Shown here in pieces: positions 10,038-19,978 of a DNA stretch of 64,000 nucleotides. Numbering within the stretch: position 1 is the first letter of the stretch; each line of letters opens with the position of its first letter. The stretch comes from Candidatus Eiseniibacteriota bacterium (GTDB lineage Bacteria > Eisenbacteria > RBG-16-71-46). The notes under the pieces were generated by a model. The model saw only the letters and a list, made by a program, of their open reading frames with translations, was not told where the DNA came from and searched no databases. Position numbers and translations under genes: made by a program. Where the stretch lies: assembly GCA_016215625.1 (NCBI GenBank), contig JACRIW010000058.1:32252-96251 (forward strand). The letters run 5' to 3'.

Positions 10038-11075
10038 ATGTCCGGCACGACCGAACCCGCGCGGCACGAGCGGCTCAAGCCGTTCGTGGAGATGGCGACG
10101 ACCGCCATCCAACTCGAGTACCCGTATCACTTTTCGGCCGTCCTCTCGCGTGACGCCGACGCCGTCGCGCCGCGGCTGGCCACGCCCGTCTTCCGGGGCG
10201 CGTTCGACTGGCACTCGGCGGTGCACGGCCACTGGACGCTCGCGCGTGCGCTGCGGCTGTGTCCCGACGCGCCGTGGGCCGCGCGCGTGCGCACGCTGCT
10301 CGCCATGCAGCTCACGGACGCCAAGCTGGCCGCCGAGGAGGCATTCCTGCGCGCACCGGGCCGCGAGGGCTTCGAACGTCCCTACGGACTCGCGTGGCTG
10401 CTGCAGCTGGTGGCGGAGTTCCGCACGCAGGGCGACGAGGCTTCCGCGCATTGGCGCAACGCGCTCGCCCCGCTCGAATCGATCGCGTCGACGCGGCTGC
10501 TCGCGTGGCTCGAGAAGCTGCCGTGGCCCGTGCGTTCGGGCGAGCACTCGCAGAGCGCGTTCGCGCTCGGGTTGTTCTTCGACTGGGCGCGTGACGCGGG
10601 CAAGCCCGACCTCTGCGCGCGCATCGCCGAGCGCGTCGTGCGCCTGTACGGTGCCGATCGCGACGCGCCGGTGCGCTACGAGCCGAGCGCGCACGACTTC
10701 CTTTCGCCGCTGCTCGCCGAGGCCGACCTCCTGCGGCGCGCCATGCCGCGCGAGGAGTTCGGCGAGTGGCTCGCGCGCTTCCTGCCCGCCCCGGCTGACG
10801 CCGATCTCGGGCGCTGGCTCACACCCGCGCGCACGCCCGATCGGGCCGACGGCAAATTCGCTCACCTCGACGGCCTCAACTTGAGCCGCGCCTGGATGCT
10901 CCAAGGCGTGGTGTCGGCGCTCGACGCCACGCACGCGCACGCGGCCGTGTTGCACGACGCCGCGGCGCGCCATCGCGATGCGGGACTCGAGGGCGCGCGC
11001 TCGACGCACTACGCCGGCTCCCACTGGCTCGGCACCTTCGCGACCTACCTCGTCACGGAGCGCGGCTTGTCGTGA
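10038..11075 (+). CDS. DUF2891-family protein
   Basis: Motifs EYPY, PVFRGAFDWHSAVHGHW, FERPYGLAWLL, SGEHSQSAF, DFLSP, HLDGLNLSRAW and YAGSHWLGTFA. Confidence 0.88.
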   Translation: MSGTTEPARHERLKPFVEMATTAIQLEYPYHFSAVLSRDADAVAPRLATPVFRGAFDWHSAVHGHWTLARALRLCPDAPWAARVRTLLAMQLTDAKLAAEEAFLRAPGREGFERPYGLAWLLQLVAEFRTQGDEASAHWRNALAPLESIASTRLLAWLEKLPWPVRSGEHSQSAFALGLFFDWARDAGKPDLCARIAERVVRLYGADRDAPVRYEPSAHDFLSPLLAEADLLRRAMPREEFGEWLARFLPAPADADLGRWLTPARTPDRADGKFAHLDGLNLSRAWMLQGVVSALDATHAHAAVLHDAAARHRDAGLEGARSTHYAGSHWLGTFATYLVTERGLS

Positions 11076-12886
11076 CGCCGTCGCTCTCCGGCATGGCGCT
11101 CGCGGCGCTGCTCGCGAGCGGGGCGGCCGACTCGATCGGCACGCGCGCCGCGGGAGAGCCGGCCGAGTCCCCGCGCGCCGCCTCTCACGACGTGCTCGCG
11201 TGGCCGTTCTTCGTGAAGTGGGACGGGGACGACGGCCGATCGTTGCGCATGATCGGGCCGGTCACGGGACGCTTCCGTTCGCCGCGCACGCGCGCGGACT
11301 ACCTCGCCTTCCCCTTCACGGGCGCGTTCGAGCAGTCGGACGGCCGGCGCGAACGCTGGCTCCTGTGGCCCTTCACCGGCGCCATCCGCGACCCGCGCCG
11401 CAACCTCACCGAGGTCTCGCTCGCCACACCGCTCGTCGGTTTCACGCGCCGCCGCGACGGCCGCGTGACGATCGAGCGCTGGTCGCCGGTCTGGACCGAC
11501 CGGCGCTTCGAGAACGGCACGCATGCCTGGCAGCTCACGCCGCTCGCCTATCGCCGCACCGAGCCCGGGCGCGGCTTCTCGACCACCGAACTCGGCGTGC
11601 TCCCCGGCATGGGGGGAGGCGGCTTCGCGGCGTTCCGCACGTGGTCGGCGCCGGACGCAGGCGGGTGGAACGCCGCGCTCGTGTACGGCCAGCACCACGA
11701 CCCCCGGGGCGGGTGGACCTCGCTTCCACCGTACGTCTCGACTTCGTGGCGCGATCCCGTGCGCGGCGATTCTCGCTTCGACGCGTTGCTCCCCGTGTTC
11801 GCGCGCTGGCAGCGTCCCGAGCGAGACCTCGCGATCGCGTTGCCGGGCTGGTGGCGCTACCGCACCGCGAGGCTGCGCTCGACCGGGGCGTGGCCGTTCT
11901 ACGCGTCGTTCCGCGAGGTGCGCGACGACTCGACACGGCACGAGGGCGGTTCGATCGTCTGGCCGTTCGTGTCGTGGGGGCGCGGCGAGCGCTACTCGGC
12001 GTTCGGCGTGCTGCCGCTCTACTACCGGCTCGAGGACGAGCGGACGCGCTTCACCACCGTGCCGCCGCTCTACTTCGCGCTGCGCCGTCCCGGGCTCGAC
12101 GCGCGCATGATCACGCCGCTGCACGTGCGCTGGCGCGGTGCCCGCGACACGGTGGAGTGGGTCGGCCCGTGGTACCGGCATGCGGGAGTGGACCGACGCA
12201 CCGTCGGGGTCTTCCCGCTGTACGACGAACGCCACGCGCCCGGCATGCACGAGCGGTGGGTGTTTCCGAGCTGGTACTCCCGGCGCGACTCGCTCGGCGA
12301 GCGCCGCATGCTCGTGCCCTTCTGGGGGAGGATCACCGAGTCGCGCACCGGCAACGTGACGCGCTTCCACGGTCCGCTCGTGACGCTTCACGGTCCGCGC
12401 GCGCACGGACACGGCATCGTCCCGCTCTGGTACTCGGGTGTCGACAGCGCGGGACGCACGACCTGGGTGGGACCGTGGTTCCAGCGCGACGCCGCGAACG
12501 GTCATCGCACGCGCGCGCTGTTGCCGATCGCGTGGTACGAGAATGGCGCCGGGCGGTCGGAACTGCACCTGCTGCCGCTCTCGGGTTACCTGCGGCGGCC
12601 GGACGGCTACCGGCGGACCTACGTGCTGTGGCCGGTCTATTCGAAGACACGGCAGGGCGACGGTTCGACGCGCACGCGGGTGCTCCACCTGCTCGGCCGT
12701 GACGAGCGCAGTGGCGAGCGCCATCGCAACTGGCTGCAGCCGCTCTGGTACTTCGACCGCACGGATGCACGCACGAGCTACTTCGCTCTGCTCGGCGGAC
12801 TGCTCGCTTCGCGCGAGCGGACGAGTGAGCACGTGAAATGGCGGGTGCTGCTCGTGCCGGTCCGCACCACGCGCGCCGTGAAATGA
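11072..12886 (+). CDS. Hypothetical exported protein with many aromatic/Pro repeats (LWPF/LLPL(W/Y)Y type)
   Basis: GTGA overlap with the upstream gene and a hydrophobic N-terminus. More than 20 short repeats such as AWPFF, LWPFT, LLPVF, VLPLYY, VGPWY, LWPVY and LQPLWY. Confidence 0.75.
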   Translation: MTPSLSGMALAALLASGAADSIGTRAAGEPAESPRAASHDVLAWPFFVKWDGDDGRSLRMIGPVTGRFRSPRTRADYLAFPFTGAFEQSDGRRERWLLWPFTGAIRDPRRNLTEVSLATPLVGFTRRRDGRVTIERWSPVWTDRRFENGTHAWQLTPLAYRRTEPGRGFSTTELGVLPGMGGGGFAAFRTWSAPDAGGWNAALVYGQHHDPRGGWTSLPPYVSTSWRDPVRGDSRFDALLPVFARWQRPERDLAIALPGWWRYRTARLRSTGAWPFYASFREVRDDSTRHEGGSIVWPFVSWGRGERYSAFGVLPLYYRLEDERTRFTTVPPLYFALRRPGLDARMITPLHVRWRGARDTVEWVGPWYRHAGVDRRTVGVFPLYDERHAPGMHERWVFPSWYSRRDSLGERRMLVPFWGRITESRTGNVTRFHGPLVTLHGPRAHGHGIVPLWYSGVDSAGRTTWVGPWFQRDAANGHRTRALLPIAWYENGAGRSELHLLPLSGYLRRPDGYRRTYVLWPVYSKTRQGDGSTRTRVLHLLGRDERSGERHRNWLQPLWYFDRTDARTSYFALLGGLLASRERTSEHVKWRVLLVPVRTTRAVK

Positions 12887-12887
12887 A

Positions 12888-12920
12888 GAAGCGCGAGAGG
12901 AGTGGATCCCCTCGCGCTTC
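12888..12920. terminator. Hairpin between convergent genes
   Basis: GAAGCGCGAG...CTCGCGCTTC, a 10-bp stem. Confidence 0.6.
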
Positions 12921-12944
12921 CTCGCGTCCGTCCGGAGCCGCGCT

Positions 12945-13865
12945 CTAGCGGTGCAGCGTCTTCAGCGAGCCCCACGTGCTCGCGCGCGCCGGCGTCGAGC
13001 CGCAATGACCGGGACCCGAGAGGCCGTTGTTGAAGTCGTCGAGCGCCTGCGTGATCACGCTCGTGCTCGAGGTCGTCCGCGAGCCCGAGCCGTTCGGCGG
13101 CACGACGCGGCCGGCGATGAGGCCGTCGGCCATCGTGATGATGCTCGCGATCGCGGAGGGCGAGGCGCCGGCCGCGAGATTGAGCTTGGCCGCGATGAGC
13201 TGGCGGGCGAGCGACACCAGGCCGTTCCCCTGCACCGGCTGCGCGAGGATCGCGAGCAGCTGCGTCTTCGTGTAGCTCACCGTGCCGAGCGTCAGCGAGC
13301 TGACCGGCCATGCCTCGGGGTGCGTCTTCCAGTAGCCCTGCGTGTACGTGCAGTTGTCACCACTGACCTGCGTGACGCTGTACACGGCGGCCGAGAAGGC
13401 CGCGTGCGTGCCCTGCGGCGCGTTCGCGAACGCGGTCATCACGTACTCGACGGCGGGTGAAAGCTCGTCCGCGACGGCACCGAGCACGCCGGACTCGTCG
13501 AACAGGTCACCGAGCTCCACGTCGAGCCGGGAGTAGCCGCCGAGCTGGAAGTTCTGCGTCTGCTCGCCCCACGTGTTCAAGGAGGCTTCGCCGACGAAGG
13601 AGGCGGAGCGGCGGGCCCACGTCGGGACGTTGTTCCAGTTCGAGCCGTACTCCTCGAAGCGCGAGCGGGGCATCCACCACACCGAGAAACCCTCCGGTGC
13701 GCCCGAAGCGCCGGCTTCGATCGTGACGCGTACCTTGCCCTGGCCGGCCAGTACCGGCGTGAGCTCGGGAGCGTCGAGCGTGACGTCCTGCGCCTGAGCC
13801 CGCACGGCGGCGAGGGAAGCCGCGGCGAGGAGGAAGAGGGCGATCGAGCGAAGCCTTCGGAGCAT
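12945..13865 (-). CDS. Exported protein with C-terminal TWGxLK tail
   Basis: Signal peptide MLRRLRSIALFLLAAASLAAVRAQA, a beta-rich domain, then a CTYTQGYWKTH...LARQLIAAKLN domain. It ends PARASTWGSLKTLHR*. Confidence 0.85.
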   Translation of the reverse strand: MLRRLRSIALFLLAAASLAAVRAQAQDVTLDAPELTPVLAGQGKVRVTIEAGASGAPEGFSVWWMPRSRFEEYGSNWNNVPTWARRSASFVGEASLNTWGEQTQNFQLGGYSRLDVELGDLFDESGVLGAVADELSPAVEYVMTAFANAPQGTHAAFSAAVYSVTQVSGDNCTYTQGYWKTHPEAWPVSSLTLGTVSYTKTQLLAILAQPVQGNGLVSLARQLIAAKLNLAAGASPSAIASIITMADGLIAGRVVPPNGSGSRTTSSTSVITQALDDFNNGLSGPGHCGSTPARASTWGSLKTLHR

Positions 13866-14272
13866 GCGTAACCTTCCCAGGATGCGGTCGAATGGTGCGC
13901 CGAAGGACGAATCAGTGTTCGTCCGACGGACTGGGGATGCGGTGCATCGAACGGCCGGGAAGTGCGAGCGGAGCCCGCGAGGGGGGGGCTTCCCAACGGC
14001 GTGCGGAAGATGATGCCGCCATGCGTGGTCAAACGCGAGGATAAAATGTTGCATTTTGCCCTGAGAATGCACTCTCCCGTGTGCTCCGGGGGCTTTCCGT
14101 TGAGTAGCGACGGCATTTGTCGTTTCGGGTTTCGAGGGCGCCAAGGCTATGCTTGGGGCGCTCAAACCCTGTTCACTCTCGCTTCGCTCCGAGCATCACC
14201 CCCGAAACAGGTGTTCCCGGCCCCCGCAGGGCCCTGACCGCCTGGTCAATCCCGAAAGGTGTGGCCCCCTCT

Positions 14273-16501
14273 GTGAGAAAGCTCCTCGCGTTTTGCGCGG
14301 CCGCGCTCCTGAGTCTCTCCGCCGTCGCTCCGGTCGCCCGGGCAGCGGTCTTCATTTCCGAGATGTGCGATCCGCTCCAGAACTACCAGACCGACCGGTT
14401 CATCGAGATCTACAACTCCGGCCCCGGTCCCGTGGATCTGACCGGTTGGACGCTGTCGGCGATCGCCAACGGCTCCAGCAGCAATACGGTCACCTGGACG
14501 CTCTCGGGCACCATCGCCGCCGGCCAGGCGAAGGTTGCCGGATACACGACGCCCACGACGGCGTTCACGGTGAACTTCCCGAGCGCCGCGTGGACCACCA
14601 CGGTCGCGGGGCAGGGTTCGTACAACTGGAACGGCAACAATGACGGCGCGAAGTTGAAGAACGCTTCCGGCGTGACCGTCGATTCCTGCTGGTCGAGCAC
14701 GGCCTACTTCACCGACAAGGATCTCGTTCGCAACGCCAGCGTGGGAACCGGCAGTCTCGGCTACGTGGCGAGCGAGTGGACCGCCACCGCCGTCACGCTC
14801 GCCACGAGCGCTTCGCCCGGTTCGCACAACGGCTCCGCGCCTCCCGCCCAGGGCCCGACCATCTCGGGTGTCGTCACGATTCCCGCGCCTCCGACCGCCG
14901 GCACGCCGACGGACGTGCAGGCCACGGTGACCGACCCGAACAGCCTGCCGATCAACGCCGTCACGCTGTCGTGGGGCACGACGGCCGGGACGCTCACGAA
15001 CATCATCGGCATGGTGAACACGACCGGGAACACGTACCTCACCAGTTCGCAGATCCCCGGTCAGGCCGCGGGTGTCGTGATCTACTACCGCGTCACCGCC
15101 GAGGACGATTCGGCCACGACGCAGTCCGCCATCCAGTCGTACACGATCGGTGGCGGCGGTGGTGGCGGCACGCCGGCGACGGTCACCTCGGTCGGTGAGA
15201 TGAGCGACTCGACGCTGCTCGTGTTCTTCAGCGAGCCCGTCGCGCAGGCGAGCGCGGAGCTGCCGAGCAACTACACGATCGGCGCCAAGGTGGCCGTCAA
15301 CGCCATTCGCGACCTCGTGAACACGAACCAGGTCTGGGTCACGTTCCGCGGCCTCACGGCCGGCACGAACACGCTCACGGTGAACGGTGTCGCCGACCTG
15401 CAGGGCGACATCACGATCGGCGCGACGAAGTCCTTCAACTACGTCGACGTCACGATTCCCGCCGGGTACTACGACGGCACCGCGGGCCTCAAGGGCTCGG
15501 CGCTGATGATCAAGCTCCACAACATCATCAAGGGCCACACGGTCGTCAGCTACTCGTCGCTGCTCACGTGGTTCCAGATCACCGACGTCAAGCCGAACGG
15601 CAAGGTGTGGGACATCTACTCCGACATCCCCGGCGGCACGCCGCCGTACGAGTTCACTTTCGGCCAGACGGGCAACGTGTCGTCGAGCGAAGGGGTCACG
15701 TACAACCGCGAGCACTCGACGCCGCAGTCGTGGTTCAACCAGGTGTCGCCGCCCGTCTCGGACGCGTTCCACATCTATCCGACCGACGGCAAGGTGAACG
15801 GCGTGCGCAGCAACGACGCGTACGGCGTCGTGGCCACCGCGACCTACACTTCGATGAACGGCAGCAAGAGCGGTCCGAGCGCCACGCCCGGCTTCACGGG
15901 CAACGTGTTCGAGCCCATCGACGCGTTCAAGGGTGACTGCATCCGCTCCAGTTTCTACATGGCGACGCGTTACCTCTTCGAAGACTCCGCGTGGCCGGGC
16001 GGTGATCCCACCGTGCACGCGCAGCTGAAGCCGTGGGCGGTCGCGCAGTACCTGCAGTGGCACTCGCTCGACCCGGTGAGCTGGAAGGAACGCATGCGCA
16101 ACGGCGCCATCTACACGTTCCAGCACAACCGCAACCCGTTCATCGATCATCCCGAGTTCCTGACGGCGATCTACGACTCGAACTCGGTCGCGGGCGTCGA
16201 GCCCACGCCGGGGCCGGGCCGCACCGCGTTCCTGCGCCCGAACTCGCCGAACCCGTTCTCGGTCCGCACGACGATCGGTTTCGACCTGCCTCGCAACGAT
16301 CGCGTGTCGCTGCACATCTACGACGTCACCGGCCGTGAAGTGCGCACGCTGGCCGCGGGCCGCTTGATGGAAGCGGGCAGCCACCAGCTCGAGTGGGACG
16401 GCCGCAACGACGCCGGCTCGCGCATCGAGGCGGGCATGTACTTCTGCCGCATCGAGGTGGGCTCGCAGTCCGAAACGCGCCGGATCGTGTTCGCACGATA
16501 G
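14273..16501 (+). CDS. Secreted endonuclease I (EndA-like) with lamin-tail domain and FlgD-Ig/CTD-like tail
   Basis: GTG start and signal peptide; LTD VFISEM...FIEIYN...VDLTGWTL; nuclease motifs YNREHSTPQSWF, DAFHIYPTDGKVNGVRSN, FKGD and RNPFIDHPE; tail PNSPNPF...IYDVTGREVRTL...WDGRN...AGMYFCR. Confidence 0.92.
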   Translation: MRKLLAFCAAALLSLSAVAPVARAAVFISEMCDPLQNYQTDRFIEIYNSGPGPVDLTGWTLSAIANGSSSNTVTWTLSGTIAAGQAKVAGYTTPTTAFTVNFPSAAWTTTVAGQGSYNWNGNNDGAKLKNASGVTVDSCWSSTAYFTDKDLVRNASVGTGSLGYVASEWTATAVTLATSASPGSHNGSAPPAQGPTISGVVTIPAPPTAGTPTDVQATVTDPNSLPINAVTLSWGTTAGTLTNIIGMVNTTGNTYLTSSQIPGQAAGVVIYYRVTAEDDSATTQSAIQSYTIGGGGGGGTPATVTSVGEMSDSTLLVFFSEPVAQASAELPSNYTIGAKVAVNAIRDLVNTNQVWVTFRGLTAGTNTLTVNGVADLQGDITIGATKSFNYVDVTIPAGYYDGTAGLKGSALMIKLHNIIKGHTVVSYSSLLTWFQITDVKPNGKVWDIYSDIPGGTPPYEFTFGQTGNVSSSEGVTYNREHSTPQSWFNQVSPPVSDAFHIYPTDGKVNGVRSNDAYGVVATATYTSMNGSKSGPSATPGFTGNVFEPIDAFKGDCIRSSFYMATRYLFEDSAWPGGDPTVHAQLKPWAVAQYLQWHSLDPVSWKERMRNGAIYTFQHNRNPFIDHPEFLTAIYDSNSVAGVEPTPGPGRTAFLRPNSPNPFSVRTTIGFDLPRNDRVSLHIYDVTGREVRTLAAGRLMEAGSHQLEWDGRNDAGSRIEAGMYFCRIEVGSQSETRRIVFAR

Positions 16502-16529
16502 TTCGCGTCACGCGGGTTCGCCGCACACA

Positions 16530-16564
16530 CGAAGCGCCCCGGTCCTCGTGGCCGGGGCGCTTCG
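16530..16564. terminator. Hairpin between convergent genes
   Basis: CGAAGCGCCCCGG...CCGGGGCGCTTCG, a 13-bp stem. Confidence 0.7.
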
Positions 16565-16590
16565 CATGGTGCGCGTGAGTGCCCCGGCGG

Positions 16591-17883
16591 TCACCACACG
16601 CGCACGAGTCGCACGGCGTCGTGCCGTTCCGGTCCTTCGAATCGCGCGAAGTACACGCCGGGGCCGCACGTGCGGCCCCGATCGTCACGGCCGTTCCAGG
16701 GAATCACGTGCGTGCCGGCGCGGAACACCCCACCGGCGAGCCGGCGCACGCGCCGGCCGCCCGCGTCGTACACGTCGAGCACGAGGTCCACGGGCAAGCC
16801 GCGTGCGACGCGGTCGGCGACCGCGGTCGCGAGCACCCACAGGTTGATGCTCATGCAGACGACCGACGTGTCGGCGATCGTCCACGGGTATTCGGGATCC
16901 TCGGGCGGCGGCCAGTAGCCGAACAGGTCGGCGATCGTCCCGCCGTCCTCGAGCGAGTCGAGGAACGCCATCACCTGTCCGTACTGGCCCGAACCCAAGT
17001 GGTCGAAGAGCAGCGCCTCGTACGCGGGCTCGACGGTCCAGCCGCGGCTGTCGAGGTCGAACGAACAGCCGGTCATGCGGCTGTAGAAGTACAGCGTGCA
17101 CCCGGGCACGCCGGGGCAGGGCTCCTCGTAGACCGAGCGGCCGCTCGCGTCGATACGGCCCTCGAGGAACCACGACATGCGCTGCAGGTAGTCGTCGCAC
17201 GCGGCGCGCTCCTGCAGCCGCCGGATGTGCATCAACTCCATCGCCATCCAGCCGGTGTAATGAATGTCCCTCGAGCCGACGCACCAGTGCGGGAAGCTGC
17301 CGTCGTCGTTCTGGTAGGGGGCGAGCTGCGCGACGATGTCGTGCGTCTTCGTGCGGGAGGGCACATCGCCCGTGAGGAATGCGTACTCCGCCGTGGCCAT
17401 GGCGACCATGAGGCCGCCGTTCAGCACGCACTCGCCCGTCGGGATCGCGAGCAGGTCGTTCGTGATCCCGGTACCCGCCTCGAGAAACCGGGGCTCGCGC
17501 GTGATCTCGAACGCGCCGAGTAGCGCGTATGCGAGCATGCCGTCGAACGGCGTGAAGGAACGCACGTCGGCGAGCCGTGGCAGGAGGAAGTCGGCGTGGC
17601 GGACGATTTCCGTGCGAAGGCGCGGCCGCGCGTCGAGGCGCGCGAGCTCGACGTACGCGAGCAGCTGACACACCACCGTCTGGCGGATCTCCTCGGACGG
17701 AATGACGGAGTAACGCCAGTCCATCGTGACGCCGTCCACCGCGTGCTCCTGGAGGTAGCGATCGGTGCGACGGATCATCGGCAGCAGAGGGTCGTCCGCG
17801 ATGGCCCGGGCGGCCGGCGCGAACAGCGAGAGCGTCGCGGCGATCAGCAGCGTGCGTGCAAGGGGTGCGACCGAAGCAGGCAT
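16591..17883 (-). CDS. Exported helical (alpha/alpha-barrel-like) protein with partial FlgD-Ig/CTD-like tail
   Basis: Signal peptide MPASVAPLARTLLIAATLSLFAPAARA; helical repeats (AFEITREPRFLEAG, YQNDDGSFPH); tail VYDAGGRRVRRL...WNGRDDRG...GVYFAR. Confidence 0.75.
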   Translation of the reverse strand: MPASVAPLARTLLIAATLSLFAPAARAIADDPLLPMIRRTDRYLQEHAVDGVTMDWRYSVIPSEEIRQTVVCQLLAYVELARLDARPRLRTEIVRHADFLLPRLADVRSFTPFDGMLAYALLGAFEITREPRFLEAGTGITNDLLAIPTGECVLNGGLMVAMATAEYAFLTGDVPSRTKTHDIVAQLAPYQNDDGSFPHWCVGSRDIHYTGWMAMELMHIRRLQERAACDDYLQRMSWFLEGRIDASGRSVYEEPCPGVPGCTLYFYSRMTGCSFDLDSRGWTVEPAYEALLFDHLGSGQYGQVMAFLDSLEDGGTIADLFGYWPPPEDPEYPWTIADTSVVCMSINLWVLATAVADRVARGLPVDLVLDVYDAGGRRVRRLAGGVFRAGTHVIPWNGRDDRGRTCGPGVYFARFEGPERHDAVRLVRVW

Positions 17884-17981
17884 GGCGCTCGGACCTCGAG
17901 GGGCCGGCTGGGCGTGGGCTCCGGCGCAAGGTTGCGCCCGTGCCGTGCCCGCGTCCAGAGAAGAGCGGCCGGCGGCGGCGA

Positions 17982-18890
17982 TCAGCCGCGCAACCACGCG
18001 ATCATCGGCGTGAGCGTGAGCGGGCTGAGCACGGTGGTGAGCAGCACCACCGAGGTCACGAAGCCGGGCTCGACGTCGTACTCGGTCGCGAGGATCGCCG
18101 CGAGCACCGCGGTGGGCATGGACGACTGCAGCACGCCGGCCTGACGGGCCACTCCGGTGAGGCCGAAGAGCGGCGCGAGCAGGGTGCCGGCGGCGGCGCC
18201 GCCCCCGAGGCGCAGCGCGGCCGCGAACAGCATCGGGCGCACGGGGCCGGTGAGCCGCGCGCCCTGCAGCTGCATGCCGAGCACGAGCAGGAACACGGGG
18301 ATGCACGCCTGCGAGAGAAGATGAACCGACGTGGCCACCGGGCCCGGCAGGTGCAGCTTCGCGGCGGTCATCGCGAACGCCACGACGACCGACCACACGG
18401 TCGGCACGCGCACGAGTCCCGCGAGCGACTCGCGCAGGCCGGTGCGCCCGAGCGACGCGACGAAGATGCCCGCCGTGTAGCTCACGATCGCGGACGCGAG
18501 GAAGAACAACGAGGCCTGCGGCAGCGCGCCGGGGCCGAACGCGAGCAGGTTGACCGACATGCCGTAGTTGCCCGCGTTGGTGAGCAGGCAGGCGAGCACG
18601 AGCGCGCTCGTGCGCGTGCGCGGCCAGCGCAGCGCGCGCGCGATCGCGAAGGCGGCCAGTCCCGGCACCGCGAGCGCCGAGAACGAGAACGCCATCATGC
18701 GCAGCTGCTCGCCGGGCGGAAGCGCGTTCTGCAGGATGATGTCGAGGATGAGCGCGGGGGCGAGCACGTAGAGCCCGATCTGCGCGAGCGGCCGCGGGTC
18801 GGTCTTCATGCGCGCCGCGAGCAGCCAGCCCGCGCCCGCGGTGAGGAACACGGGCAGCAGGTTCTGCGCGAAGAGGGCGAGAAGCTCCAT
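17982..18890 (-). CDS. AEC (auxin efflux carrier/malonate) family transporter
   Basis: About 10 TM segments; motifs LYVLAPALI, NAGNYG, QACIP.FLLVLG.QL and SSMPTAV. Confidence 0.9.
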   Translation of the reverse strand: MELLALFAQNLLPVFLTAGAGWLLAARMKTDPRPLAQIGLYVLAPALILDIILQNALPPGEQLRMMAFSFSALAVPGLAAFAIARALRWPRTRTSALVLACLLTNAGNYGMSVNLLAFGPGALPQASLFFLASAIVSYTAGIFVASLGRTGLRESLAGLVRVPTVWSVVVAFAMTAAKLHLPGPVATSVHLLSQACIPVFLLVLGMQLQGARLTGPVRPMLFAAALRLGGGAAAGTLLAPLFGLTGVARQAGVLQSSMPTAVLAAILATEYDVEPGFVTSVVLLTTVLSPLTLTPMIAWLRG

Positions 18891-19116
18891 GCGTCGCACC
18901 ATAATCGGCGCGACCGCAGGGGGCCAGCCGCGCGGAGTCGCGCGGGTCCGCCCGGCGCGTTGCGCGAGCGCGCCGGCGTGTGGACAATGCCCGCGCCCGA
19001 GGCCGAGCTCCTGCGCGATCCTGCCTGCACACGACGCACGCCATGCGACGCGGCGAGCACGAGTCCGGCTTCGAAGGTTCGCGGCCCCGCGCGAACCACA
19101 CCCTCAAGGAGGAAGC

Positions 19117-19911
19117 ATGTCCCGCTTCGGATTCACGGCGTCGTTCGTTCTCGCGGCGTCGCTCGTCGCGGCGTCGGCCGCGCTCGCGCAGACCGACCCG
19201 CCCGCCGCTCCCGATTCGACGTCCTCGTCCGCGCCGGCCGAAGTGCCGGCGGCCGTCCCCGATTCGAGCGTGGCGCTGCCGCCCACGCCGCCGCCCGCTC
19301 CGCCCGCGACCCCGCAGTCTCCCGCGAGCCTGCTCGGCGCGAACTCGCCACGGCCGGCGCGCCCTCACCAGATGACGCCGCGCGCCGAGGGCGCGATCCG
19401 GCAGGAACTCGACCAGCACGCGTTGGTGATCTCGGCGGCGGACGCCGACCTCGCCGCGGCGAAGAAGCGCCGCGCGGAGGCCAAGGCCACGGTCGAGATC
19501 AAGAAGCGGGAAATCGACGTGCTCGAGGCGCGCATCAAGGCGGCCAAGACCGCGAAGGACGAGCCGACGCGCCAGAGCTTCGAAGGGGAGAAGAAACGCC
19601 AGGAGGCGATGCGCGAGTTCTTCCAGAAGACCGAGGACGTCGAGGAGGCCGCGATGGACGAGGCCAAGGCGCGGGGCGACTGGGCGCGTGCGGCGGTGCG
19701 TGCGGCGCAGCTCGAGATGGCGCTCGTCGGGCGCGCGGGCGTGGCGCTCAACGATTCCGACGGCGGGCTCTTCAAGCAGGAGCAGCAGTGGTTCGAGGCG
19801 CGCAAGGTCGCGGGCGCGGCGCAGGAGAAACTGGCGAACAAGGTGCAGTCCTGGATGGACCGCAAGCAGAAGCTCTATCGCGCGTGGGCGGACTTCCTCG
19901 CCGGCAAGTGA
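19117..19911 (+). CDS. Exported Pro-rich/coiled-coil hypothetical protein
   Basis: AAGGAGG SD, a signal peptide ending ALA-Q, a Pro/Ala/Ser linker and a long E/K/A/R helical region. Confidence 0.8.
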   Translation: MSRFGFTASFVLAASLVAASAALAQTDPPAAPDSTSSSAPAEVPAAVPDSSVALPPTPPPAPPATPQSPASLLGANSPRPARPHQMTPRAEGAIRQELDQHALVISAADADLAAAKKRRAEAKATVEIKKREIDVLEARIKAAKTAKDEPTRQSFEGEKKRQEAMREFFQKTEDVEEAAMDEAKARGDWARAAVRAAQLEMALVGRAGVALNDSDGGLFKQEQQWFEARKVAGAAQEKLANKVQSWMDRKQKLYRAWADFLAGK

Positions 19912-19925
19912 ACGCGCGACGCGAA

Positions 19926-19958
19926 AAGGCCCGCCGGATGGTTCGTCCGGCGGGCCTT
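19926..19958. terminator. Hairpin between convergent genes
   Basis: AAGGCCCGCCGGA...TCCGGCGGGCCTT, a 13-bp stem. Confidence 0.7.
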
Positions 19959-19978
19959 CGCACGCGTGGGTGCGGCGC

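Noticed and set aside
14050-14130. c-di-GMP-I-like fragment on the minus strand (ACGGAAAGCCCCCGG)
   Set aside because: There is no properly placed GGCAAA/GNRA P1 stem upstream.
14172-14262. Resemblance to the Moco riboswitch ends (CTCCGAGC...GAAAGGTGT)
   Set aside because: The internal conserved elements are not recognisable, and the downstream gene is a nuclease.
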